Source of the DNA: Sulfolobales archaeon | GTDB lineage: Archaea > Thermoproteota > Thermoprotei_A > Sulfolobales > NBVN01 | Assembly (NCBI GenBank): GCA_038841535.1 | Contig: JAWBTQ010000003.1 | Location: 64,001-128,000, forward strand | DNA: 64,000 bases | Reading direction: 5' to 3' | Part shown: one piece after another, positions 39,272-48,972 of the stretch | How positions within the stretch are numbered: position 1 is the stretch's first letter | Layout of the letters: the number at the start of each line of letters is the position of its first letter | The notes under the pieces: generated by a model | The model's database searches: none | Seen by the model: only the letters and a program-made list of their open reading frames with translations | What the model was told of the DNA's origin: nothing | Translations under genes and position numbers: made by a program

Positions 39272-39685
39272 GCCAAAGTATTTGCGTGCTGTTTGCCTTG
39301 CGTTGGCCTACGTGGGTTGACGATCGTTACTATGAGCTCGCAAGGTGTTTTGTTGAAGTGGGCTTGTGGGGGTATCCTATGCTCGATGAATACCTTAGAG
39401 TCAGCAAAACCCGTGTTCCTAAGCGCCCAGAGACTCCCTGAACATCACAAAGCTCTATGTAGGACGGGGCTAGGTATTGGAAGCGAAGACTGATGATAAC
39501 AGATACGGAAGCCAAGCTCTGGTTCCAGACTTAGCTACACTCCCTATTTACTTGCTGAACTACTAATGCAATTGTCTTGCTGATAACGCATATGTTCCCA
39601 TATATGCTTTCGTTCGAACTCTACAGATATTCTGAGTGTTGCTTCTCAAGTTACTACTAGTCTATTTTAAGTATTATGAGAGCTA

Positions 39686-40492
39686 TTGGTGGGTAACTTA
39701 GGAGTGAATACGGTGTTCATAGCTGGACCTGCGGGTTCAGGAAAGTCTATGCTTACTTCGTCATTAGCATTGTGGTTTGAGAGGTTTGAGTATAGCGTGT
39801 GTAAAGTAAACCTAGATCCTGCGGCTGAGCTTCTACCCTATGTTCCAGACGTTGATGTTAGAAGATATGTAAACGCTAGGGAGTTAATGCTCAAGCGAGG
39901 ATTAGGGCCTAATGGTGCTTTACTAGCCAGCATGGATGAGTTACTTAACTACGTTGTAGACGTTAAGACCGAGATAGAGGACTGTCGAGCAGACTACGTG
40001 TTAGTCGACCTGCCTGGGCAACTTGAAGTAATAGCGTTTAGATTGCTCGGCCCGAGATTACTACATGAGCTATCTGAGGGAAGTAAGGCGGTAGTGGTGT
40101 TCTTAGTGGACGCAAGACTCGTGTCAAGAATGTACTCTGCTTACTCTCTTTTACTACTCGCTCTATCTACTATGTATCGACTTAACCTGCCTATGGTTTT
40201 AGCTATAAATAAGGTAGACCTTGTAGTAGATCTCACTGCTCATAGTGGCTCAAAGCTGTATGAAAAACTTTACGAAGCTATACCCATATACAGGCTCTTA
40301 TCGGAGTATAGCGAGTGCCCATATTTAATCACCAGCGAGAGTTTTCTTGACACATCGATTTCACTACAACTCTGTGAGGTGTTTAGACAGTTTATTAAAC
40401 CACCCATACCAATTTCAGCACGAGAAGCTGTAGGTCTCGATAGTCTCATAGCTGAGATAGAAAATGCCATATCTACTTATAAAGAGGGGTGA
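39686..40492 (+). CDS. GPN-loop GTPase
   Basis: GPAGSGKS, NLDPA, LGPNG, DLPGQLE, NKVD. Confidence 0.93.
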   Translation: MVGNLGVNTVFIAGPAGSGKSMLTSSLALWFERFEYSVCKVNLDPAAELLPYVPDVDVRRYVNARELMLKRGLGPNGALLASMDELLNYVVDVKTEIEDCRADYVLVDLPGQLEVIAFRLLGPRLLHELSEGSKAVVVFLVDARLVSRMYSAYSLLLLALSTMYRLNLPMVLAINKVDLVVDLTAHSGSKLYEKLYEAIPIYRLLSEYSECPYLITSESFLDTSISLQLCEVFRQFIKPPIPISAREAVGLDSLIAEIENAISTYKEG

Positions 40493-40687
40493 GGCATTTA
40501 TTAAGTTGAGAGATACTACAAAGTACGTGTTTCCGAACAGTTCTTCACGCTTCGTAGAGGTTTAAACAAGCTGCCCTCTTTAGTGGGAGAGTTAGCAGAG
40601 GGAAAGCTGACACGCTAGAGACTCTATTTAAAGTAACTACACAAGGTATAGAACGAATATAAAAGAAGTAAGATAGCTAATCACGGT

Positions 40688-41485
40688 GTGAATTTGAGTA
40701 CTCGAGTGACAATTGGAATAGAACCTCTCGACGTAGGTGCGCCCGAGGGAATCTTGCGTACATCAACAGTGCTAATAGCTGGTGAATCCGGTACGGGCAA
40801 GTCTGCACTTATCGCTCACATAGCAGCGAACTTCATGTTTAAAGGTGAGAAGTGCGTGTATGTAGCTCTAGATGATTCTCCTGACTCCTTCGTCGAGCAG
40901 TTAGAGAGCTTTAAGTGGCCGGGCCGGGATTTTTACGCTAGAGAGTTGTTGTACATAATTGATGGTTATACGTATACTACAGGTAGGTACTTAGCTTCAG
41001 CTTATTCTAAGAGAAGTGTTAATGTACAGAAGATAGATGAACTAGCCTACTCCATACTTAACTCAGTGGAGGAGCTTAAGCTAGATGGTTCTGGCGTTCT
41101 CATAGTGGACTCACTAAACGACTTACTATATTTCCATGACATGTCTAAGATAGTGATGCTAATAAAGTCCATTAGAGCTCATGTATCTAAGTCGAGAAAG
41201 GTGCTTGGCTTCTTAGTTCTTCATACGGACACTGAGGAGATGATGGAGCTTGAAAAGAACATAGAGCACCTGTTTGATGGAGTCATATATACTAGAATAA
41301 ACGAAGACCTGAGAAAGATAGGGATACCGCTTAAGGAGTTATTGGTGAAAAAACTGAGGGGAGTCCCAACAAATCCCTTCTGGATACCATATGCTGTAAC
41401 TAGTTCAGGTGTTCACCCGGTAGATCTCGAGAAGCTCATGAGTCTGATTAAATCTAAGCTTGAGGAGTACGAGAGGCTTAAGTAG
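40688..41485 (+). CDS. KaiC/RAD55-like RecA-superfamily ATPase
   Basis: GESGTGKS, LIVDSL, EHLFDGVI, VKKLRG. Confidence 0.9.
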   Translation: MNLSTRVTIGIEPLDVGAPEGILRTSTVLIAGESGTGKSALIAHIAANFMFKGEKCVYVALDDSPDSFVEQLESFKWPGRDFYARELLYIIDGYTYTTGRYLASAYSKRSVNVQKIDELAYSILNSVEELKLDGSGVLIVDSLNDLLYFHDMSKIVMLIKSIRAHVSKSRKVLGFLVLHTDTEEMMELEKNIEHLFDGVIYTRINEDLRKIGIPLKELLVKKLRGVPTNPFWIPYAVTSSGVHPVDLEKLMSLIKSKLEEYERLK

Positions 41486-41486
41486 T

Positions 41487-41717
41487 TTGAAGGTCTTAAT
41501 CGAGGTCTCTAATTCCTGCAACGTGTGCGGTCTTTGCGCGGAGTATTGTCCAACAGGTGTTTTTCGGGTCGTCGGCACTCACCTAAGTGTAAACCAAGGT
41601 GAGTGTATTTACTGTAAGGGTTGTGAAGTCGTATGTCCAGTTAAGGCTATAAGTGTTCGTGCTCTAAACGATGACTTCCTTATTCTAAAGAGAAAAACGC
41701 TTATTTCAGTAAAGTAG
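41487..41717 (+). CDS. 2x[4Fe-4S] ferredoxin
   Basis: Two CxxCxxCxxxCP motifs. Confidence 0.9.
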   Translation: MKVLIEVSNSCNVCGLCAEYCPTGVFRVVGTHLSVNQGECIYCKGCEVVCPVKAISVRALNDDFLILKRKTLISVK

Positions 41718-41809
41718 TTTAACATAAATACGTAAAAAAGAGAAAAACGCATGTCAAGAACGCTACCGGACCTTAAGAAATTTTTATAAGCTCTGTATAA
41801 AACTTTACC

Positions 41810-43258
41810 TTGGTGTACCCTGTGGTAGAACCCAGGACTATGTACGTCTTAGTGATCATAGCGGTACTAATAGCTGGGTTAGTAGGATATTTTGCGGGTT
41901 CCGCAACAGCTCCACAAGCAGTCACGGGTCCCGTGACGGTCACAGCGTTTACTACCATAACGTACACTCCCGCGATGGCTGTCTCTCCAGAAAAGATTCG
42001 AGCAGCGTGGATATACGTTGGACCTATCGGTGACTTAGGTTGGTCGTATATGCATGATCTTGGTAGGAGAGTCGTCGAGGGCCTCTTTAGGCAATGGCTA
42101 GATACTACTTACTATGAAGCCGTATCTGAAGCTGAGTTACTATCGCGGGTAGACGAGCTCGTTCGAGCTGGGTATACAGTTATCTTTACAACATCCTTTG
42201 ACTTCATGGAGAAAACCTATGAGGCGGCTAAGAAGTATCCTAACGTAATGTTCTTCCACTGTAGCGGCTATATGAGGTGGGACAATATGGGAACATACTT
42301 TGCTGACCTCTACCAGGTTTACTACTTAAACGGACTAATGGCGGGGGCTTTAACTAAGACTGGTAAGATAGGTTACGTAGCAGCGTTCACCATACCTGAA
42401 GTGATAAGACACATTAACGCTTTCGCTATAGGTGCTAAAGAAGTAGGGGAGCAGTTAGGTAAAAACATTGAGGTATACGTAGTCGAGATAGGAGCATGGT
42501 TCGCTCCAGATAAAGCTGTTGACGCAGCTAGGTACTTAGTTGATGTTGTGGGCGTGGATGTAATTGCGTTTACTGAGGATAGCTCAGCTATAGTTGAATA
42601 TGCGCAGGAGCAGTATAAGAGAGGAAAAGAGGTCTACGTCTTTAGCCACTACGGACCTATGTACGAGTTTGGTCCCGACGTCGTAGTCTCAGGTCAGCTC
42701 GTTAGGTGGGAGGTAATATACGCTGATATACTAACTAAGATAAAGAGTGGAGTACTTAATCCAGTAAACTTGAGAAATGTAGACTACTGGTACCTCCTTA
42801 ATACAGGGGCTGTAGAGCTGGGAGCTCACGTATTCGACAACGGGACCGTTATGATGGTAAACCCAAAGTTTATACCTAAGCTGAGAGAAGTAGTAGTCAA
42901 AGACAGACTAACAGGTGATAGGATATCTGCTTTTGACCTCGTAATGAGAAGGTATGAACAGATGAGGAGAGCACCCATTCTTCAAGCACTCCAGTTCTCA
43001 GCTCTAACTCATGAGTTAGAGAACTTAACCTACGTAAATATAGGAGGTAAAGAGAAGCTGTACCTAGTTTCTACAGAGTTTGATCCCTTCATAGGTCCTC
43101 TAGACGGTTGGTGTAAGTACACGGGAACTTACGCTTTTACTGAATACTGTAAGAAGTCAGATAAGGTATCAATACCTGCTGGTGTAAGACTAGGACACGC
43201 AGATCTTTGGAACATGGACTGGTTTGTGAGCTGGGTAAAGTTCCTGGGGGGAAGGTAA
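41810..43258 (+). CDS. BMP-family ABC substrate-binding protein (nucleoside/purine type)
   Basis: N-terminal TM and Thr-rich linker, YVGPIGDLGWSYMH, GKIGYVAAF.IPEV. Confidence 0.92.
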   Translation: MVYPVVEPRTMYVLVIIAVLIAGLVGYFAGSATAPQAVTGPVTVTAFTTITYTPAMAVSPEKIRAAWIYVGPIGDLGWSYMHDLGRRVVEGLFRQWLDTTYYEAVSEAELLSRVDELVRAGYTVIFTTSFDFMEKTYEAAKKYPNVMFFHCSGYMRWDNMGTYFADLYQVYYLNGLMAGALTKTGKIGYVAAFTIPEVIRHINAFAIGAKEVGEQLGKNIEVYVVEIGAWFAPDKAVDAARYLVDVVGVDVIAFTEDSSAIVEYAQEQYKRGKEVYVFSHYGPMYEFGPDVVVSGQLVRWEVIYADILTKIKSGVLNPVNLRNVDYWYLLNTGAVELGAHVFDNGTVMMVNPKFIPKLREVVVKDRLTGDRISAFDLVMRRYEQMRRAPILQALQFSALTHELENLTYVNIGGKEKLYLVSTEFDPFIGPLDGWCKYTGTYAFTEYCKKSDKVSIPAGVRLGHADLWNMDWFVSWVKFLGGR

Positions 43259-43269
43259 GGAGAATAGAG

Positions 43270-44787
43270 ATGGTTTTTTCATCTACGCAACCCGCTCTTC
43301 GCGTTGCGGGTGTGACTAAGAGGTTCCCCGGAGTTCTGGCTCTGGATGACGTATCCCTAGACCTTTATTCTGGCGAAATACACTCACTTCTTGGAGAAAA
43401 CGGTTCAGGTAAATCAACTCTAGCTAAGGTTATCGCAGGCATATATGTGCCAGACGAAGGCAGCATCGAGATTCTAGGGAAACGCCTCCGTCCGGTAAGC
43501 CCAGCAGACACAATTAGTCACGGCATTTTTTACGTGCCCCAGAGCCCTAACTTAATAGATAAGCTTACTGTAACTGAGAACGTGCTCTTAACGTTGAGGT
43601 CATACGGTATTATGTCGAAAGTTAAAGAAGTCGAAGAGCTAGTAGTCAAGGAGGCCCGAAATATAGGCTCAACTATAGACCCAGAAGCCGAAGTAGGTAA
43701 GTTAAGCTACACCCAGAAACAGGTAGTAGAGCTAGTGAAGGCGTCCCTACTGGGTGCTAGGATACTACTCGTTGATGAAGTAACAACATACCTACCGAGA
43801 TCTGTTAGAGAAAAGTTCTATGACTACTTGAAAAGACTGAAGAGCGAGGGTAAAGCAGTTCTTCTCATAACGCACAAGATCCCCGAAGCAATCGAGGTAG
43901 CAGATAGAATCACGGTCATGCGGTCTGGTAGGGTGGTTAAAACGTTAGAGAAGAGAGAATTTGATATAGACCTAATCAGGAAACTGATGTTTGAAAACAA
44001 CGGTCTAAGTACCTATATGGCCGAAGGACTTTCGGGAGAGCTTATCGCAAGAGATGAGAAAGCAGTAATTCAGTTAGATGACGTGTGGGCTGTCGACGAA
44101 AGCGGTAACTACGCTCTTAGGGGTGTACGGTTCGGTGTTAGACCTAGGGAGGTTCTAGGAATAGTTGGGATTTCGGGTAGTGGTCAAAAGGAGTTGTCTG
44201 AAGTTTTAATAGGTCTCAGGCCTGTTGAGAGAGGTCGGTACTACCTAGGTGGAGTTGATGTTACCAATAGAGGCTCCAAAGTAGTAAGAGCTGCTGGAGT
44301 CGGGTTTATCTCGGAGGTTCCTCTTTACTACAACCTATCTGGAGATCTTAGCTTAACTGAAAACATGGCACTAGGTGCCCGCAATAGAGGCTTGCTTCTT
44401 TCACTGAAGTCTCTTTCAGCAAAAACCAGAGAGATCATAGAAAAATACGGAATCGTTGCAGTATCACCTAAAACTCAAGTAAAGGTTCTCTCCGGCGGTA
44501 ACGTCATGAAGTTCGCAATAGCTAAAGAGCTTGAGTTCGCTAAGAAAGCGCTGATAGCATTGAATCCGACAAGGTCTTTAGACGAGAAGTCTGTACTAAG
44601 CTTTATTAGTACCTTAAAAAAGCATGTGCGAATAGGCGGGCTTTCCGTGATATACATTAGTGAGAGCTTAGACGAGGTTCTTCAAGTAAGCGATACCGTA
44701 GCCGTTATAAACAGCGGCAGGATAGTGGGAGTTTTCGAGAGGAAAACTGTTGAGAGGGAAGTTCTAGAGAAGCTTATGGTGATGTAG
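43270..44787 (+). CDS. ABC transporter ATP-binding protein (CUT2/nucleoside type)
   Basis: GENGSGKST, tandem NBDs, LSGGN. Confidence 0.92.
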   Translation: MVFSSTQPALRVAGVTKRFPGVLALDDVSLDLYSGEIHSLLGENGSGKSTLAKVIAGIYVPDEGSIEILGKRLRPVSPADTISHGIFYVPQSPNLIDKLTVTENVLLTLRSYGIMSKVKEVEELVVKEARNIGSTIDPEAEVGKLSYTQKQVVELVKASLLGARILLVDEVTTYLPRSVREKFYDYLKRLKSEGKAVLLITHKIPEAIEVADRITVMRSGRVVKTLEKREFDIDLIRKLMFENNGLSTYMAEGLSGELIARDEKAVIQLDDVWAVDESGNYALRGVRFGVRPREVLGIVGISGSGQKELSEVLIGLRPVERGRYYLGGVDVTNRGSKVVRAAGVGFISEVPLYYNLSGDLSLTENMALGARNRGLLLSLKSLSAKTREIIEKYGIVAVSPKTQVKVLSGGNVMKFAIAKELEFAKKALIALNPTRSLDEKSVLSFISTLKKHVRIGGLSVIYISESLDEVLQVSDTVAVINSGRIVGVFERKTVEREVLEKLMVM

Positions 44788-45918
44788 GTGGTAAGAGTAT
44801 CGATAGTAATAACTAAGCGCTACAAGAGAACTGTAATTGCGTCAACACCTGTAATACTGTTAGGGTCTCTGCTGGTCGGTTTAGTAGTGTCCTACTTAAT
44901 TATTTGGGCTACAGTAGGTCTCGATCCAGCCAGTTTCTTTGGTACGTTCTACCAGACTCTGGTGTCATATACTGGGCTACTAGAGTCACTGCTGTTTCTA
45001 ACAATCCTAGGTACAGCGATCTCCATAGCCTTCTACGGGTCTTACTGGAACGTCGGTGCTGAGGGTCAGTATGTTCTGGGCATGCTTGGTGCTATGTACG
45101 TCGTGATGTTCTCTCCACTTAGTGGTCCTCTATTGAGTAATGGTCAGGTAGGTGCGGTAGGTCTTAAACTTGTTGCCATAGTCTTAGGTGGCGTACTCGG
45201 TGCCTTATGGTCGCTGGTGCCTGGTCTTATCAAAGTATTTGCTAAAATAAGTGAGATACCGGTAATGCTGTTGATGAACTACATTGCTTACAGTCTCTCC
45301 GATTACCTAACGGCGGGACCGTGGAAGGGTAGGTACACGTATGGCTACATCAGGACTGACATGATATCTGAGTCGGTGAGGTTAACTGTTATTCCGGGAC
45401 TAGAGATCTTAAGGTACGAGGTAGTGGTAGCAGCCATTGCAGTACTTGCTCTAATTTACTTAATCCTAGAGCATACATTGCTGGGACTAAAGATCAAGAT
45501 CTTGGGGACAAACCCCACCGCTCTAAAGTCTTCGGGATACGATGAGAGGAGAGTTATCGTGTTAGTAGCTACCATTAGTGGCTTTATTGCCGGTCTAGCT
45601 GGCGCTATGAGGCTCCTGGGATACGACTACCGCTTACCTTATAACATAGGAGACGGTAAGACTGGTTTCTATGGATATACAGCTATTTTAGTAGCATGGC
45701 TTTCCTTTAGGGACATCAGGTTTATCGTACCTTCCGCGGTCATAGTTTCAGCTCTAAGCAGCTTCGGCTACAGAACCCAGATGAGTCTTAAAGGCTTGTT
45801 GCCGCCCGGTATTTCGGCTTACGCCTTTTCCCAGATATTCATCGGGACTACTCTTATAGTATATACCCTAACTAGGATAACGAAAGAGTTTTCAGTGAAG
45901 CTGGTGATTCGAAGGTGA
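44788..45918 (+). CDS. ABC transporter permease
   Basis: WNVGAEGQ motif, multiple TM helices. Confidence 0.92.
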   Translation: MVRVSIVITKRYKRTVIASTPVILLGSLLVGLVVSYLIIWATVGLDPASFFGTFYQTLVSYTGLLESLLFLTILGTAISIAFYGSYWNVGAEGQYVLGMLGAMYVVMFSPLSGPLLSNGQVGAVGLKLVAIVLGGVLGALWSLVPGLIKVFAKISEIPVMLLMNYIAYSLSDYLTAGPWKGRYTYGYIRTDMISESVRLTVIPGLEILRYEVVVAAIAVLALIYLILEHTLLGLKIKILGTNPTALKSSGYDERRVIVLVATISGFIAGLAGAMRLLGYDYRLPYNIGDGKTGFYGYTAILVAWLSFRDIRFIVPSAVIVSALSSFGYRTQMSLKGLLPPGISAYAFSQIFIGTTLIVYTLTRITKEFSVKLVIRR

Positions 45919-46841
45919 GCGAGTTCCTAGATTGGTTTACCCGAACACTGGCATCGGCCTACGTAGTCTATACTCTTGCCGGCATCGGGAATACTGTCAT
46001 AGAAAGGTCTGGTGTTCTCAATCTAGCTATTGATGGACTCTTTGTGTTAAGTGCCTCACTAGCTTATACGTACGCTATACAAATGTCATCACTGATTCAA
46101 ATAGGCTCCCTGGCTACAAGTATTTCGTTACTGCTAGCAGCAGCAACTACAGCTCTTCTATATTCTCTATTTATGGTGTTGAATACTGTTTTACCGATAA
46201 GTCAGGGTGCTATTGGTCTATCCTTTATGTTTGTAGGATACGGTCTAGCTGCTGTAGTAGGAAACATAGGGAGGCTCATATTCAGCTTGCGGAGAGTTAG
46301 AATAGAGTACATCGGTATGACACACGTTAGTGCGGTCCTCATATATCTTGCTACAATTCTAGCTGTTGTAGTAGCCTACCTGCTACTCTACAAGTACAAA
46401 CTGGGAGTGCTGATAAGAGCTGTTGGAGAGGATCCTAGGTTGGTTAGTCAAATTGGTGTTAACGTTACTTACGTTAGGCTTCTATCAGGTTTACTGGGGG
46501 GAGTACTTGTAGGTCTGGGAGGCGCTCTATTTACTTTATGGAGAGTAGGTGGTTGGTCTCAAGGTCAGGGACTTAACCACGGCTGGCTCGCTTACGCTGT
46601 ATCCATTGCCGGCTGGAGGTACCCGCCTCTAGTAGCTCTAGTCTCTATATTCTTTTCAGCAGCATATGTATTGCTCCCCCATTTACAAAGCTTAGGACTG
46701 CCCGTAGAGGTATCTACCGCAGCTCCCTATATCACGTCGATAGCTCTCATGGTAGTAGTGTCCACTATGCATAGAAAAAGTAGATTGCTAGCAGACCCTA
46801 AATCTCTGGGGCGATCATTCTTCAGAGAGGAACAAGTTTGA
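45915..46841 (+). CDS. ABC transporter permease
   Basis: ERSGVLNLAIDG, IRAVGEDP. Confidence 0.92.
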   Translation: MSEFLDWFTRTLASAYVVYTLAGIGNTVIERSGVLNLAIDGLFVLSASLAYTYAIQMSSLIQIGSLATSISLLLAAATTALLYSLFMVLNTVLPISQGAIGLSFMFVGYGLAAVVGNIGRLIFSLRRVRIEYIGMTHVSAVLIYLATILAVVVAYLLLYKYKLGVLIRAVGEDPRLVSQIGVNVTYVRLLSGLLGGVLVGLGGALFTLWRVGGWSQGQGLNHGWLAYAVSIAGWRYPPLVALVSIFFSAAYVLLPHLQSLGLPVEVSTAAPYITSIALMVVVSTMHRKSRLLADPKSLGRSFFREEQV

Positions 46842-47288
46842 TAGATGTCCGCAATCTATAGCCCAAACATTTAACTGCTTTCAAGCGGTGTTTTTGTATG
46901 GAGTTAGCTTCTATGTTGATTTATAGCAACCTGCGTCATTACCTCGCGTATTCTTTTGTATTGGCCTCGACCGCCACCAACCATGAAATATTAGGCTATT
47001 TTTTCCATCTTAATGTTTTGTGCTTTGGAATAGATCCAAAACCTTGCTGTTTGTAGCTACCGGAGTTGACCGTGAAGGTAATGCTCCGAGCCTCCCGCAA
47101 CTTTAAACTACGCAAGGACTCCATCGTCGGGCTTAACCGCAACTCAAGAATAGCGAGAACGCTAAGTTCGCGTGCGCAAGGTTAATTTCATTAGTTCATG
47201 CTAGATACTGCTAGAGCTGACCTCATATTATCGATTAGAGAAAAGGAAAGAGAAGGTTCAGCTTTCATTAGCTTGTTACTGCTTACAA

Positions 47289-48104
47289 TTACTTACATAG
47301 GGCTAAGCTATCTCTTCTATTTACTTTAAGGATTTTTTCTGCTGATCCTAGGTTTACAGCTAGTTCTGCTAACTGTAAGCTGTTCTCGTAAAGCACTAGT
47401 GTCCCAGGCGGCACAGCTGAAAATACCTTCTCTACTAAAGCCAGGAATTCGTGGGCACCAACGATTACTCTTACTCTATCTCCAACGCTTAATTCGAGGA
47501 GCTCTATGATTCTTTTGAACCTCTCGGACAGTACTACGTTTCCAAACCTATCTATGTGGATTACCCAGCTTTTTACACAATCACCCACTTTCTCCAGTCC
47601 AATACGGAGTTTAGGCCTAACTAAGTCACTAGGGCTCACAGGCTCACCTAGAGACCTGAAGTCAATACCGCACGCCACTCTCGCGGCAACTGGTATAAAT
47701 ATGTCTCTTCCATGGAACGACCTTGATACTGGTTTCCAAAAGAGTTCCTCGCGAGTAAGAACTACAGCGCTCTCTAGTCCGTCTTCCTCGGCTGCTATTA
47801 TCATGAGTCCGTTATCGGGTCCGACAAAGTAGTAGTTTTTACTAGCGATAGCTATGGGCTTTCTAGACGTGCCTACACCTGGGTCAACAACTGCTGCAAA
47901 GACTGTTCCAGGTGGGAAGTATTTATAAGTAGAAAATAGTATGTAAGAGCCGTAGTCGACGTCGAATGAGGGAATTTCGTGTGTTATATCTACTAAAGTT
48001 ATGTTTCGGCAAATCCTCAGAGCTATACCCTTCATTGATGGTACGTAGGGATCTGAAGTACCGAAGTCTGTGAGTAGAGCTAAGATCCCGCAAGCCTCTC
48101 TCAT
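47289..48104 (-). CDS. SAM hydroxide adenosyltransferase (DUF62, chlorinase/fluorinase family)
   Basis: LTDFG, VVDPGVG, GPDNG, SFHGRDIF, HIDRFGN. Confidence 0.94.
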   Translation of the reverse strand: MREACGILALLTDFGTSDPYVPSMKGIALRICRNITLVDITHEIPSFDVDYGSYILFSTYKYFPPGTVFAAVVDPGVGTSRKPIAIASKNYYFVGPDNGLMIIAAEEDGLESAVVLTREELFWKPVSRSFHGRDIFIPVAARVACGIDFRSLGEPVSPSDLVRPKLRIGLEKVGDCVKSWVIHIDRFGNVVLSERFKRIIELLELSVGDRVRVIVGAHEFLALVEKVFSAVPPGTLVLYENSLQLAELAVNLGSAEKILKVNRRDSLALCK

Positions 48105-48317
48105 AAAAGCTCACCACGGCCTGATCTCCGCTACCCACATATCATTACGCTATAGAAGTACTTATTCGCCTAGCGACGAAGACATATCGAAAAAGTAGTA
48201 AGTGTTACATATTTCGTAAGCCATCGTAGATAGCTTAGCGGAATCAGGACTGCTCACAGCTCTCTTCACGGCGCTATTTATGAGCTTTTCTCTAAGCTTG
48301 TTTAGTGGGTAGTCAAG

Positions 48318-48773
48318 ATGAAAAAGGTTATTGTGGGTTCCGATGACTTGTATTCATGTGCTAAATCAGCAGTCGAGTATCTCAAGGAAAGAGGTTACCA
48401 AGTCGAATTATCTGGCTCACTGAGAACTGGCAAGCCCGAGCCATGGCCAGACGTAGCCTATTCTGTAGCAACTGCTGTAGCTAAGGGTGAGGCTCACTGG
48501 GGGATTCTAGTCTGTTATACCGGCACGGGTGTTTCAATCGTCGCTAACAAGGTCTATGGTGTTAGAGCTGCACTATGTAATGACCCGCAGACTGCTCGTG
48601 GCGCTAGGCTGTGGAATGACGCTAACGTACTAGCGATGAGTGGTAGACTTGTAACTGAAATTATGGCACGTGAGATATTAGAAGCCTGGATCTCTATTGA
48701 GAGCCCAGACATTTCTGAGTTACCCAACATCGAGAAGCTCAAGGAGATAGATAGAGCTCATAGAAAGCAGTAA
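48318..48773 (+). CDS. RpiB/LacA/LacB family sugar-phosphate isomerase
   Basis: GILVCYTGTGVSIVANKVYGVRAAL, ARLWNDANVL. Confidence 0.92.
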   Translation: MKKVIVGSDDLYSCAKSAVEYLKERGYQVELSGSLRTGKPEPWPDVAYSVATAVAKGEAHWGILVCYTGTGVSIVANKVYGVRAALCNDPQTARGARLWNDANVLAMSGRLVTEIMAREILEAWISIESPDISELPNIEKLKEIDRAHRKQ

Positions 48774-48972
48774 TACTGAATAATTAACGTCTTAACTAAT
48801 GGGAGAAAGCTCTACGGTCGAGGAGTCTCTCTTCGGGCGAGAGTGCTCTGTAATGGAGAGTCTGGAGCTCGTAGGTAGGAGGTTGTTATACAGCACAGAC
48901 TTAGTTACAGTTTCTTAAAGGTAAAGTATTAAAGTATTTATAGCTATGGCATAAAGAGCAATTGGTGGTATT

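Noticed and set aside
43270-44787. Degenerate Walker A and signature motifs in the ABC ATPase
   Set aside because: Normal asymmetry for CUT2-type tandem NBD proteins
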